From Priapulus caudatus (lineage: Eukaryota): a stretch of 64,000 nt of DNA. The translations under genes and the position numbers were made by a program. Of the stretch, positions 43,213-58,188 are shown piece after piece (position 1 is the first letter of the stretch; the number at the start of each line of letters is the position of its first letter). Under the pieces are notes generated by a model, which saw only the letters and a program-made list of their open reading frames with translations, did no database searches and had not been told where the DNA came from. The DNA lies in contig NW_014577076.1 of assembly GCF_000485595.1 (NCBI RefSeq), positions 1,042,647-1,106,646 on the forward strand, written 5' to 3'.

Positions 43213-43526
43213 ATGGCTACCGACAGTCCTGTGAGCGGGACACGTGACGACAGTGGATCGTCGGCAGACGATACGACGACGTCGCCGTCGGACAACGGCC
43301 GGGCGACGGGCACCGGCTCGCCGACAAACAGTACAAACTCGGAGACGGATAGCGGCATCGGAGTTACGGTGAATCGCAACCCAGTCTACAACAGCAACTG
43401 GAGCGAGGCGGAGGAGGCGACGGGGAGGGTGAACCACGGCTTCGCGACAACGGACGAGAATAAAGAAGAGAAACCTGCCGAGTATTTCCTGCCAGTCCCG
43501 CCCGCTGAGCCTATACCGACCGACAA
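43213..43526 (+). CDS. First coding exon, Ser/Thr/acidic cytoplasmic tail with NPVY
   Basis: ACTATGG Kozak-like start; ORF 43213-43530; AA|gtaagt donor. Confidence 0.8.
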
Positions 43527-46500
43527 GTAAGTAGGCCTGCGTGCTGCGGATGTTGAGGTACTGAAGGGCGACATTCGGCGGTCGTTACCACGGACCTATA
43601 TTCGCACGTACCCGCGCATAAAAACATGATTATTATATTATTGATGCGAGAAATATTTGCAGTGTCACTTCGGATGCAGGATAACAGAAGCTCATCATAA
43701 CAATTCTTTTATCAGAAGTCCATCTTCTTATCTGTTGGACTTCTGATGCTAACGTGTCTGCACGCCTACTGTGAACGCGATAGTTTAGAATGTCGTCACA
43801 GATTCATCTGATCACATGATTGAATCTGTGATTGTGATTGAATCGTTGCTTCTAATATGTGCAGGTAACGTGTTATGTTTACGCCTACTCATGAACAAAA
43901 TCGCCGAGATGTAACCACATAAACGCTTTATACACAAATACACCCATAAACAAAAACATGCATATACACAAACACAAATGCACACGTACACACGCGCGCG
44001 CGCACGCACGCACGCATGCACACGCACACTAATGAGAATGGAAGAGATCGAGGGGGAGACAAGGGGTAGCCGCAGTTCGTTGCTCTTCGTGTGCAGTGGT
44101 GTGAGGTGAGACTGTGCAGTCAAATTCCGTTATAGATGACAGAATCTAACGATGGGGTTCCCATTGCAAATCAAAAATGATTGTTCGCCGTATTCACTGT
44201 TTTATCACCAGCTATTTGAAGTTTCTATACCACGCTGCGATTCTATTTCTGTTAAATGAATTAGAATGCCCCAGACCGACCCCGCCTAAAATAAATGTAT
44301 TAATTCATTATATATATATATATATGCCCGTGTCGGTCAGGTGTATGGTTAGTCAGGTTTCCAACATGCAAATTTGAAATTTCCGTGATATTCTTAAAAA
44401 ATTCTACTGCGTCGAACATGATGAATGTAAACAAGTATTTATTTTTTAGGTAATCGCTGCGTAAATGTGTTATCTTCATCTCTCACACGCGAGATCAAAG
44501 GTCGGACAAGTGAAATAGGTGAAGTGATGGCGGGTCAACTGAAGCATGCATGATATGTGGAATTTTATTGCACGTTGACAGGTCGCGAACCTACAGGGAC
44601 GAAGACGACGAGCCTCACAAGATCCACTTCATACAGAAAGGAAAAAGGACATGGCTGATAATCGCCGGGATTATAATTATCATCACCGTCGCTCTATTTC
44701 TAGCAGCGGTGTACATAGCAGGTAGGTTTACAGCGGTGTACATAGCAGGTAGGTTTACAGCGGTGTACATAGCAGGTAGGTTTACAGCGGTGTACATAGC
44801 AGGTAGGTTTACAGCGTGTACATATGCAAGGTAGGTTTACAGCGGTGTAACATAGCAGGTAAGGTTTACAGCGGTGTACATAGCAGTCAGGTTTACCAGC
44901 GGTGTGCATGGGAAGGTAGGTTTAACAGCGGTGTACATAGCAGGTAGGTTTAGCAGCGGTGTACATAGCAGGTAGGATTTTACAGCGGTGTCCATAGCAG
45001 GATAAGGTTTACAGCGTGTACATAAGGCAGGTAGGTTTACAGGCGTGTACATGGCAAGTAGGTTTACACAGCGGTGTATATGGGCAAATAGTTACAGCGG
45101 TGTACATAGGCAGGTAGGTTTACAGCGGTGTACATTAGGCAAGGTTAGGTTTTACAAGCGGTGTGGCATTAGCAGGTAGGCTTTATGGCAGCGGTGTGCA
45201 ATAGCAGGGGTAGGTTTAAGCAGCGGTGGTGGCATGGCAGGTAGGTTAGCAGCGGTTGTTGCCACAGCACTTCTAAGATTGTGTGACGGCAATTTTTCTT
45301 TGTTTTTATTGAAACTGTGAAAGGTAAATATTGTAAATTAGGCAACGGCCAACGGAAATCGGATTGTTAGGAATTAAAGTCCACGCACCATTACCCACAT
45401 TTTACGGCTTCGTCCACGTGAACACTGCTGGCCTACTGTTTGTTCAACCTCCTCAACATTGACATTTCCACTACCACCTCTTAGTACTGATAGTCTGGTA
45501 CCTACTCTACGCTACGGTGGCCAAATTATTCCTGCGTCCGTTCCCTATTTCTGCTCTCTCATCTCTATCTTCTCTCTCTCCCTCACGCTCTCTGAGCTCG
45601 TCTCCTCTCATATCTTCTCTCTCTCTCATCTCTCTCTCTCTTTCTCTCTCTCTCCGCGCCCCTCTCTTTGCCGCTCTAGCCCCTCTTGCCTCTCTCTCTC
45701 TCCGTCTCCGTCCTCCAGTCTGTCTGTCTGTCTGCCTGCCTGCCTGCACTGCCTGCCTGCCTGCCTGCGTGCCTACCCTGCCTGCCTACCGGCCTGTCTC
45801 CCATACCTGTATGTCTGTCTGTCCGTATCATCGTATATTATATCATTCGGAACGCACCGTCCTCCGTCTATCGCATAGCTATCCTGCCACCGCGCTCCTT
45901 ATTCGCACCCACACACACACATTCCGCCTGCGTGGCAGCGGTACAACCCGCTGCGGTCAGAGCAGTAGCGCATGAGTTTGCGGCGGCTGTGCGTAGCCAG
46001 TAGCATGCCACAACCTGCCCACGCAGGCAATGCTCGCATTGTCCAGGTGAGTAGTCCATACATTGCCGCGCCCATGTGGAACGAACCGCTGGCAAGACGC
46101 CGCGTCAGAAGATGCAGCCTATATACGCTGTTCACAGCTCTGACCACATCAGCGACAACAAAGAAACAGTCTAGCTTACCTCGAGCACGCTTTATCATAC
46201 AAGTCACTAGTGAAGCGTTTGAAAGCGGCAACACTAAATACCTGTGCGAATATCGGCGCTCAGCATAGCACCGCTATACAGAAATTCAGAAATAAAAACC
46301 CGAGTATCCCTAAGAAAATAATGAGCGGCGAACGTTTCGCTCGCACAAGCATTTCAAGAAATTACTCTCTCATACATCATACAGAAAAAATTCTATGAAA
46401 CCAGAACAGGCAGGCTATCATGTAGGAAGTCGTATATTAATCTAGTATATGTGTTTTCTAGAAGATCGAACAACATTTCAACCCTCTCAAGATAATGACC

Positions 46501-47075
46501 TACCCTAAGCATTCTTATGGTGTTCCATAATTGGCCATGTGCGCAGCCTGTTCCAGAGTACCATTTTATCTATATACGACGTCGGACACGTTGTATTCTA
46601 TATGCGTCGCATGGTACTCTGAACAATGCTGGCGGCGATGGCAAATTCATGGAATAACGTTACAATCCCGAGTAACTTGAAAAATTCGGCCCTTTGTATC
46701 CGCCGGCAGAAGGAGGAGGTATGCTTGTAAGCTGACGCCGGCGAGGTCGCAGCTGCACATTTTAGCGGTTCTACGATGAGAATCTTTGAAGTCAATCTGG
46801 TGAGAATAAGTAAAATAGAGAGTTTGAAATGACCATGATTTGCTGTCTGCGCGATTCCCAATGCATTTTCGCTTTACTGATTCTTGAACAGGGTCTCGCA
46901 CGCGCGTTATATATATATATAATAGTATATATATCGATCTATCAATCTATCTTATCATCCCACTTCTCTCTCGCTCCTCTCTGTTTCTTGTCTTAGTCTC
47001 TATCACTCTCTCCTGCTCTCTCTCTGCTCTCTCGTCGTCTCTCTCTCCTCTCTCTCTCAGTCTCCTCTTCTCATA

Positions 47076-47130
<55 letters not shown>

Positions 47131-47704
47131 TTCTCTGACTCTCTATTTCTCAGAAGCTCCTTCCACAAACTGACATGTTAACCATTCTATATCTTTACTG
47201 TACTACTCGGCAATTTTATTTTCGTGTCAAACAGCTTTAATCATCAGGATTATAGCCAGTATCTGCAATCGCACAGATCGCTCAGACGTTTTTTTCCGTT
47301 AATATATATATATATATATATATTATATATCACTGCTACTGCCACATGCTACCATTCGACTTATCTTCAGAGTGTCACTCTGCCAGTATTTGACATTTTT
47401 CGTGTCAGACCGGCTCTTTCATCGTGAATTACAGCCAGTCTCTGCAATCACACACACGTCGCTTGTCTTTCTCTAACATCCACCGCCCCCACGCGACTAC
47501 TCTGCTCGCCACTCCTCCGCTTCCGTTCTTGTTCGCATTTTCTGTTTCCTCTCCTTTCTTTTTTTGCTCTCTCTCTCTCTTCATTGTACTCTCTGTCTTA
47601 TTCTCCTCTCACCTCTCTCACTCGTTTTCTTCTTCTTCTTCTTCGATTTCTTCTCGTATCTCTCTCTCTCGTCGTCTTCTTCTCGTCTCTCTCTCCTTTT
47701 CTAT

Positions 47705-47771
<67 letters not shown>

Positions 47772-49354
47772 CTCTCTCTCCTTCGTCTCTCTCTCTCTTT
47801 CTCTCTTCTCTCTGTCTGTCCTGTCTTCTGTCTGTCTGTCTCTGTTTGTCAACGGTCTACAGCAGTGAGGTCGCGGGTGGGTAACGAGTACGTTAGTCGG
47901 CATGCAGGCAATGAACTCAGCGGAAAACATTAAGGTGAACCTACGCGCTAACCACGCACAGAACACATAAGTCGCGCAACACTGGTCGCAATTGGGCCTG
48001 GGGATAGCAAGCGAAAGGTGTACGCGTCCATACCGTGCACTTGGTCGCAGCTCGTGATTAATCACTGATACTCTTGTAACGTAAACAGGGACGAACGACA
48101 CAGAAAAATACTATTAACGAAGCATGGGACGTTGTCGGGCACAAAGCTAAACGATGCAATTGGTAATCATCGGGTCAGACAGAAGAGTACTTACTGAGTT
48201 TTTCTATGGACTTGTCACGGGGGACTCTAGTTAGGCTCGTAGGGTCTATGTCCCCCTGACCTCTGTTTGACCTCGCTCGTTTAGCTATTTCTGACTAACC
48301 TAACCCTAACCTAATCCTAACCCTAACCCTAACCCTAACTTATATATATTATAATATTATATATATATATATATTAGTCAGAAATAGCTAAACGAGCGAG
48401 GTCAAACAGAGGTCAAGGGGACATAGACCTTATCTGCTCTAGTTAGCATTCTTTACGCACCTTCACCCAACTGCGTGTTAATTTACTGGAGAGTGAGGGT
48501 GAAGGACAGGATGAGTACGAGGTTGATGGTCAAAGGAAGGAAGAAGCGTAAGCAATGCGGTTACTCCCACCGATCCTACCGAACGTGGAAACGGATTGAC
48601 AACCTTAAAGAGTTGTATGTAGTCCTACACATTTACACGACAGTTTGTCAGCACGTGCATCACTATGGCGACAGTTGCTTGTTGCTCACATTGTTGTTAC
48701 CAATCATTACTGTTCACAAGGGCGACAATAGAAAAGGGGAATGGGCTACAGCCCCTACAGCCCCTTCCCCCGCGCGGGAGAAAGGCTACAGGCCCCTTCT
48801 ACATGCAGCTACAGCCCCTCCCCCTCCGCGAGAGAATGGGCTACAGCCCCTTCCCCTCCGCCGGGAGAAAGTAATTTAAACTCGTCGGGAAATCCATGAG
48901 ACATTTTGCTCTCGTTCTTTGGCCTACCTGTAGCCGCGTGCTGTTCACAGTGACTTGCGAAAATAATTGACAAGATAAAAAGTTCAATTATCTGTACATC
49001 TGTTGTAAATACAGTTTATCAATAGCTATAGATCAAGAAATTATTTTCGAGTAAAAACGCTAAAGATGAAGTTTGAATCTTTATAGCTTGAAAAACCCGA
49101 TGTACTTGTTTTAGATTTGAGCTTTTGGCCCCCTTATACTCGAATGTAGGTTTAGCCCTCGCGCTGTCGGAGGCCTTATATATATACAGCCCACACCGTC
49201 GAATACCTTTGCCACCTTCCCTCTCACAGCACACGCGCTTGCCGCGCACCCCGCGCGCGACACACACCCACACACACACACACACACACACCACACACAC
49301 CACAACACACACACACACACACGCCCAGCACACACACACGTACACGCGCGCACA

Positions 49355-49399
<45 letters not shown>

Positions 49400-49478
49400 A
49401 CACACACACACACACACACAACACACACCACACACAACACACACACACATACACACACACACACAACACACACAACAC

Positions 49479-49549
<71 letters not shown>

Positions 49550-52500
49550 ATCGGGGACCTTAGCTTCCCTGTCAAGGACCTTAGCCCCTGTTTTAGGCAA
49601 TCGCTGGTGTCACACCGCATTAGTGAGATCTTTGGCCAACACCCGGAAGGGAAATTATCACGAACCGGGAATGGTGTGTAACTTTGCTTCGCTTCAAAGG
49701 CGAACAGCATACAGGCGCAGTAGTAGCAGGAAATCGCGCGTTGTCGAGCGTTGTTTGTCTAAACTTCAGCACCGAATCTGGTGCAGGAATATAGACAAAC
49801 CCTGGTCACCTAGCTGCGTCCAGCGGTGTTTCTCAGCGGTGACTCTCTGTACGGAAATACAGTAGCAATAATATGATGCATTCTTACTATATATTTTCTT
49901 TCTTTACTTTAGTTGCCACGTATAGTAAAATCACGCCCGCAATCTTAATATGGAAGAGGGCTTTGACCTTTAATATCACCCTAGGCCTAGTGCCTTAATA
50001 TTTAGAATACAGGTTTCTGAGATACTTTATGAGCGTGAGCTTTTCTTATATCATATCCTGCTTTGTATCCTTACTGAGAGATTACCCACGATTTCTTATT
50101 CGTTGATTCTGTCCTTCTACTCCGCTGCACGCTACGTTATACTACTTGTGTAAGTCTATGGTGTTACTCCTGGTGTTACTCCTGTACAATGTACAGCAGC
50201 GCATTTATATTTTTAACGGATATTTATTTCCAAAGAATTGCCAATGCTACGATCCGTGTTTATGGCCCTGTGTTTATGCCGTGTTTAGGCCTAGCGTGTT
50301 AGGTGTTTGCGTCCTAGACGTACGTCCACCGTGTATGACAATGCAAACGCAATGTCGGAAGAAATTAAAACATTACATCCGAGAATTTACGATCCGGACA
50401 TTACATTAGAGAAATTACATCCGTCCTCTGCATTCGATATCGCAAGGGTCATACATTTGCATTGTCATACGCGGTGTGTTTTGGACGTAGGTCTAGGACG
50501 CATCGTGTAAATAGGCCTTAACACCAATGTGCAGTCCTTATTGCTGCGGGTATGCCTTATATCTGACACCTGCGTGACTCCGAACCTACGCATGAATGAC
50601 TCAAGCGTTAATTTATAAGAACTCTATCTCAGTTCTCGCAGATGTTTGCGCGCGCCGTTTATAGCTTAGTAGATGCAATACGCACACGGGAGAGTCATGG
50701 TCAGCTACGTGCTCTGCCCGAGACACGGATGGGCAAATATCTTGGTGTTTAAATTTCCAAGCATGGTGTGTTGTGTGGGCAATATGGTAAGCCGACGCAA
50801 GTACATGGCTATGTTGGATTGTCCCGCGTACCCGCTAGGATCTAGATGCGAGAAAATAATCGTGACTCTTCCCAAGAAGTTGATTAAAGCACCCTATACG
50901 CAAATATAGTACTACACATGTACAGTACTATATTAATACATACACGTTGTGTCGTGGCTTTGCCTTTAAATAAACTTTAACTCTTTCATCCGATTTTACT
51001 GGTCACTGCCTTATAAGAGATATTTAGAAATTACTGTAATTCTTAACTGTTGTTTAGCAAATGATAACGCCCGAGTAAATTGCATATGTATGACGAAGCC
51101 AATAAATTAAGGTTTGATTTGAAAAAAGTCAAAGGTGTATTCCACGCGCTATAAATTATATCACATATGGCTACGACTATGATCACATCAAGCGTTGCCA
51201 TATGAAATGTATACGAAAACAATAACAGTAAACGGGAGCAGTAACATTTTCAATATACAGTTTACACGATGATAATGACGTCATTGTGCGAGAGTATTCA
51301 CAAACAATGCTTTCCGCGGATTGTTTATAAATTGATAGCGGGGCACGGACCGCTGCTGAGATGAGCGCACTTGCCATGTACATGGCGGTTAGCACCAATC
51401 TCTCACCGATGATCATTATGAAAGCATTCACTCTCACCTAATCGATTGTGTTTTTTTTTATTTGCAGCCGGGTTGATCAATGGCAAGGAACATTACTCAG
51501 CCGCGTCCAGGCAACAGGACCCAAGGGCAGGTACACATGAAAATTTGATTAAAGTTTCTGAATCAAGTAAAAATGACTCGTTAATTACCGCGCCGTGATT
51601 TACCCACTGCCTGCAACACGCCCCCCCCCCCCCGCGCGTGCATCTTGCTGAACTTGTTTTCATTATCAAAGTCACGTTGACAACATAAAACGGCAGCTTT
51701 ATAGACATGAAGGCGGGTGGGCACGACCCCAACGTAATCTCACGCTTCAAGCAAAGAAAACCATGTTATTTTAACACGCTTTGAGCAAAGAAGTTTTAGT
51801 GGATACCAAGACAACCCTCTCTCTAAGCACGAGAACTGTCAAAATTCTATCAGTTTTCCATGCTGTCAGCGTTAAGCGTAGACATTCTAGTAGATTCAAT
51901 CACAAAACGCTGCAAGCAAGAGAATGTCCATTTATTCTGCACTATAGCTCGTAGCTGGAGGCCACCGCGCCGAATGCGCACCGTGTGCGGGGTCTATGAG
52001 TATATAAGCATTCTGCCAAGCTCACCACTAGCTGAAGGAAAACTAGTATAGCTAGCGCGTGGCATGCGGATAATTTCTCAGCAAGGAATGCCCGCCACGG
52101 CGTCTGGACGGACAGACGACCACGTTGGTGCCGTATTGCCACATACTATAGTAATTATAAACCCGTAATGACCAGATGAACCGGTTCCCTTAATAAACAC
52201 GTTACTATTAAAATTTTGATGCAGGCAAAGCCTTCATGCTTGCTCGTGTGCGCATACACATCGGTTAGGAATGTCGATGATGGCTGGCGCAGAATGCTAA
52301 TGCTCAACCAATGGAGATTACCCTAAATCCGAGAAAATGGTTCATTGTTCAGAAGCGCGAATAACGTCTGTTGCGAGATTGTAGATCTTGTACTGTCAGT
52401 TGGTTTGCTTTTTTGACTGGGTTAGAAACACATAAGCCAACCCATGCTGTACAATATAAGCTCTCCCCGGAATGCATCGTTTTGATACAGTTATAGCATA

Positions 52501-53066
52501 GTTAGCAACACGTGGCCCAGATCTTATATATGCGCGTAGACGTTGTACAGACACATGCAGGTATCGTCGCCCGCATGAAGCACCGAGTTACCGCTATAAA
52601 ATTATATCTGCATTCAATTCCGTAGAATATACAAAAGCAACTCTGCGTATTATTTGAGCGATATCGCAGTTATAGTATGTAGCAGATTCAGCATAGCATC
52701 CTTATAGGATAGCATAGCAGCATAGCAGACTATAGGATGTGTGTGTATGTGTGTGTATACCCGGCTGTCATCACTAATTTACAGAGGATGTGATAGTAGG
52801 CGACATAACGATAGTAAATCGAGAATTCATCAAGAACTACGAAGATCCAACGTCAAACGACTACAAACAACTGAAAAAGGAAGTTGAAAACGAGGTGAGT
52901 TATCAAAATCATTAAAGCGTTTTTTTACAACCAATTCAGGCTGTGCAAAATAATAATGTCACCATTATGCATTGATAATATATATAATCTCTCTCTCTCG
53001 CTCTCTTTGCCGCTCTAGCCCTCTTCCTCTCTCTCTCTCCGTCTCCGTCCTCGTCTGTCTGTCTGT

Positions 53067-53101
<35 letters not shown>

Positions 53102-56100
53102 CGTGCCTACCTGCCTGCCTACCGGCCTGTCTCCCTACCTGTATGTCTGTCTGTCCGTATCTCGTATATTATATCATTCGGAACCACCGTCCTCGTCTAT
53201 CGCAATAGCTCGCTGCCACCGCGTCCTTATCCACCCACACACACATTCCGCCTGCGTGCACGGTAGCACCTGCGGCAGAGCAGTAGCTGGCATGAGTTGG
53301 CGCGTGCTGTGCGTAGCCAGTAGCATGCACAACCTGCCCACGCAGGCAATGCTCGCATTGTCAGGTGAGTAGTCATACATTGCCGCGCCCTGTGGAACGA
53401 CCGCTGGCAGACGCGCGTTCAGAGATGCAGCTATATACGCTGTTCACAGCTCTGACCTACATCAGCGACAACAAAGAACAGTCTAGCTTACCTTCGAGCG
53501 CGCTAAGCACTGAGCACGCTTTATCATACAAGTCACTAGTGAAAGCGGTTTGAAAGCGGCAACACTAAATACCTGTGCGAATATCGGCGCTCCATAGCAC
53601 CGCTATAAGAAATTAGAATAAGAACCCATAAGAAATAATGACGGCGAACGTTAGCTCGCAACAACATTTAAGAAAATATCTTCTCATACATCAACAGAAA
53701 AAATTCTATGAAACCAGACAGCAGGCTATCATGTAGGAAGTCGTATATTAATCTAGTATGATGTGTTTTCTAGAAGATCGAACCCATTTCAACCCTCTCG
53801 TATAATGACCTACCTAACATTCTTATGGTGTTCCATAATTGCCATGGCGCAGCCTGTTCCAGAGTACCATTTATCTATATACGACGTCGGACACTTGTAT
53901 TCTATAATTGCCGTCGCATGGTACTCTGAACATGCTGCGCGATGGCAATTATGGAATACGTTACAATCCCGAGTAACTTGAAAATTCGGCCCTTTGTATC
54001 CCCGGCAAGAAGAGGAGGTATGCTTGTAAGCTGACCCGGCGAGGTCCAGCTGCACATTTTAGCGTTCTAGATGAGAATCTTTGAGTCATCTGGTGAGAAT
54101 AAGTAAAATAGAGAGTTGAAATGACCATGATTGACTGTTGCGCGATTCCCAATCATTTTCCTTTACTGATTCTTGAACAGGGTCTCGCACGCGCGTTATA
54201 TATATATACCGGTATATAATATATATATATCGATCTATCAATCTATCTCTATCTCCCACTTCTCTCTCGCTCTCTCTGTTTCTGTCTTTATGTCTCTATC
54301 ATTCTCTCGCTCTCTCTCTCTCTCTCTCTCTCATCTCTCTCTCACTCTCATCTCTCTCTCTCCTCTTCTCTCTCCCTTTCTCTCTCCCTCTTCTCTGACC
54401 TCTCTAATTTCTCGGGAGAGCTCCTTCCACAAAGATCCATTGTAACCATTCCTATATTCTTTACTTGTAGCTATCTTCGGCAATTTATTCGCTGTCAACC
54501 AGAAAAAAAATACATCAAGGAATTATACGCAGCTAATCGCACACAATCGGCAACGATTCGCGGTCCCAAGCGAACCGTTATATTCTTTCAGCCTGTTAAT
54601 ATATATAGTATTACTATAATAGTTAAATATCGACTGCCTACTGCGCCACATGTCTACCATTCGACTTATCTTCAGAGTGTCACTCTGCCAGTATTCGTGA
54701 ACATTTTTCGTGTCAGGAGCCGGCTCTTTCATCGTGGAAATTACAGCCAGCTTCTGGCAAATCACAACCTCGCTTTGCTCTTTCTCATAACATCCACACG
54801 GCGCCGCAGCTTCGACTACTGACTCCTGCCCACTCTCCGCATTCCGTTTGCGGTTGTTCGCATTTTCTGTTTTCTGCTCTTGCCTTTCGTTGGTTTTGCT
54901 GCTCGTCGTCGGTCGTCTTGGCATTTACCTCTGCGTGTTCTTAAGTCTCCCGTCTCACATCTCGTCACGGAGCGTTTTCTTCTCTTCTTTCTTCGATTGT
55001 CTCTCGTATCTCGTATCTCTCGTCTTCTTCGTTCTCGTCTCTTCTCTCCCCCCTTTTGTTGTTGTTTGGTTTCTGAAGTTTCTCGTCTATCTTCTCTCGT
55101 CGTGTCTCGTCGAAGTCTGGTCTCTATCAGCTCTCATCTCATCTCTCAGCATCTCTTTCCGTCGTCTCGGATCTCTTCTCTCGATTCATCTCTCTCTCTA
55201 TTTCTCTCTCTCTCTGTCTGTCTGTCTTCTCTGTCTGTCTGTCTTCTGTTGTCCACGAGTCTACAGCAGTGAGGTGCGCGGGTGGTAACGTACGGTTTAG
55301 TGGCATGCAGGCAATGACTCACGCCGAAAATAATCTTAAGGTGAACCTACGCTGCGTATACACCATCGTCCTACGACCGTGTCGCCCACAAAGAACCTAT
55401 AAGTCGCGTGCACACTGGGTCGAATGGGCCTCGGGATTAGCAAGCGCAAAGTGTACGCGTCTCATCCGTTGCGGCGCTGCCGTTGGGCTCGCGACGGCGC
55501 TCGCTGATTAAGTTTGCACGATGACTCATTGTAACGTCAAACAGGGACGAACGACAAATAACAAAATAAGACTAATTGAACGGAACGATGGGGACGTTTC
55601 CGGGGGCAACAAAGCTAAACGGCAAATGGGGTAATGGCATTCGTTGGGTCAGGACAGCAGATATTGTACTGATTACTTACTATTATGAGAGATTTCTTCT
55701 GTAATGGACTCTTGTCACGGTGGCACCTCTAGGTTAGCCGCTCGTAGTCTATGTCCCCCGCCCCTGACCCCCATTTGCCGTCTTGTTTTGACCTAGCCTC
55801 CGTTTAGGCTATGTCTGACTAAACCCTAACGCTAACTCTCTAATCCTAAACCTAACCTAACTCCCTAAAAGCAACCCTATATATTAGTATATTATTAATA
55901 TAAATATATAATATTAGGTCAGAAATAGCTAAACCGAGCCGGAGGTCAATACAGAGGTCACGGACATACCTATCTGCGCTAGCTTACATTTCTTCTACGC
56001 AGACCGTTCACAATGCCAACTGCGCGTGTTAAATTGTACTGGAAGAGCTGAGGGTGAAGGGACAGGATGAGTACGACGAGGGTTGCATGGAAAGGAATGG

Positions 56101-58155
56101 AAGAAGCGTAGCAATAGCGGTTTCCTTTAACTCCTCCAGACTTTACGGCGAACTCCACGGTCTACCAACGTGGAAACGGATTTGACTCAACCTAAACGAT
56201 TGTACTGTATCCTATCAACATTTAGCACGAACAGTTCGTCACACGTGGCATTTCATAGGCGACAGTTGGCTGTTGCTTCACATTGTTGTGTTGACTCGTG
56301 GCCAATCCAGGTACTGTTTGTCAGCCAAGGGGCGACATTTTTTTTTTATGTTAGTATAAAGGGAATGGGCTATCAGCCCCTATCAGCCCCTTCCCCTCCG
56401 CCGGCCAGGAGAAGGCTAACAGCCCCCGTTCTACTGGCACGGCTACAGCCCTTCNNNNNNNNNNNNNNNNNNNNNNNNNTCTCTGTTTGTCACGAGTCTG
56501 ACAGCAGTGAGGTCGCGTGTGGGGTAACGTACGCGTTGTGCAGCAGGCAATGAACTCAGCGGAAAACATTAAGGGAACCTAACGGCGCTAACCACGCACA
56601 GAACACATAAGTCGCGCACACCTGGTCGCTATTGGGCCTGGGGATAACAAAGCGAAAGTGGTACGCGTACCATCCGTGCACTTGCGTCGCAGCATCGTGA
56701 TTAATCACTGATACTCTGGTAAAACGTAAACACGGCGCGAATCGACAACAATAAATACTATTAACGAACATGGGAACGTTGTCGCGGCACCAGGTAAGCT
56801 ATACACGATGCAATTGGTAATCATCGGTCAGACAGAAGAGTACTTACTGAGTTTTTCTATGGGACTTGTCACGGGGGGACTCAGTTTAGGCTCGTAGGGT
56901 CTATGTCCCCCTGACCTCTGTTTTGACGCTCGCTCGTTAGGCTAATTTCTGAGCTAACCTAACCCTAACCTAATCGCTAACCCTAACCCGTAACCCTAAC
57001 GGGCCTATATATATTATATATTATATATACTATATTATTAGTCCAGAAATAGCTTAAACGAGCGAGGCTCAAACAGAGGTCAAGTGGGACATAGACCTTA
57101 TCTGCTCTATTAGCATGTCATTTACGCACCTTCACCCAACTGTGCGTGGTGAAATTTACTGAGAGTGAGGTGAAGGACAGGATCGATACGAGGGTTGATG
57201 GTTCAAAGGAAGGAAGAAGCGTAAGCAATTGCGGTTACTCCACACCGATCCTACCAACGTGAAAGCGGATTGACACACCTTAAAGAGTTGTATGTAGCTC
57301 CTACACATTTACACGCGACAGTTTGTCAGCACGTGCATCACTATTGGCGACCAGTTGCGTTGCTCACATTGTTGTTCCAATCATTACTGTTCACAAGGGC
57401 GACAATAGAAAAGGGGAAGGGCTACAGCCCCTACAGCCCCTCTCCCTCCGCCGGGAGAAAGCGGCTACCACGCCCCTCTACATGCAAGCTACAGCCCTTC
57501 CTCTCGCGCTCGAGAGAATCGGGCTAACAGCCACTATCCGCGCTCGCGCCGGGAGAACAGTAATTTAAACGTCGGTCGGGAAATCCATGAGGACATTTGC
57601 ATCTGGTGTTTCTGTAGCCTACCTGTAGGCCCGCGTGCTGTTCACATTGTGTGGCTGAAAATAACTCTGCACAAGATAAAAAGATTCAATTATCTGTCAC
57701 ATCTGTGCTGTCAATCCCACAGTTATTATCATAGCTATAATCAAGAATCATGTATGCCTTTCGAGTAAAAAACGCTAAAATGAATTTTAATCTCTTATAG
57801 CCTGAAAAAAACCCCAGATGTACTTTGTTTTAGATTGTAGCTTTTGGCCCCCTTTACTCGAAATGTAGAGGTTTAGCGCCCCCGCTCTGTCGTGCGGCCT
57901 TATATATATACAGCCCCACACTCGTCGAATACCTTTGCCACGCCTTCCACTCTCACACACACGCTGCGCGCGCCACACACACACACACACACACACCACA
58001 CAACACGACACACACACACACAGCACACACACACACACACGAACTGCCGACCGCACACACTCACACGTACACGCGCGCACACACACAACACACACACACA
58101 CACACACACAGCACACACACACACAGCACACACACACACACACACACACCAGGCA

Positions 58156-58188
<33 letters not shown>

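Noticed and set aside
44704..45257. CRISPR-like array of 27-bp repeats
   Set aside because: Units are head-to-tail with no unique spacers, there are no cas genes, and the context is a eukaryotic intron
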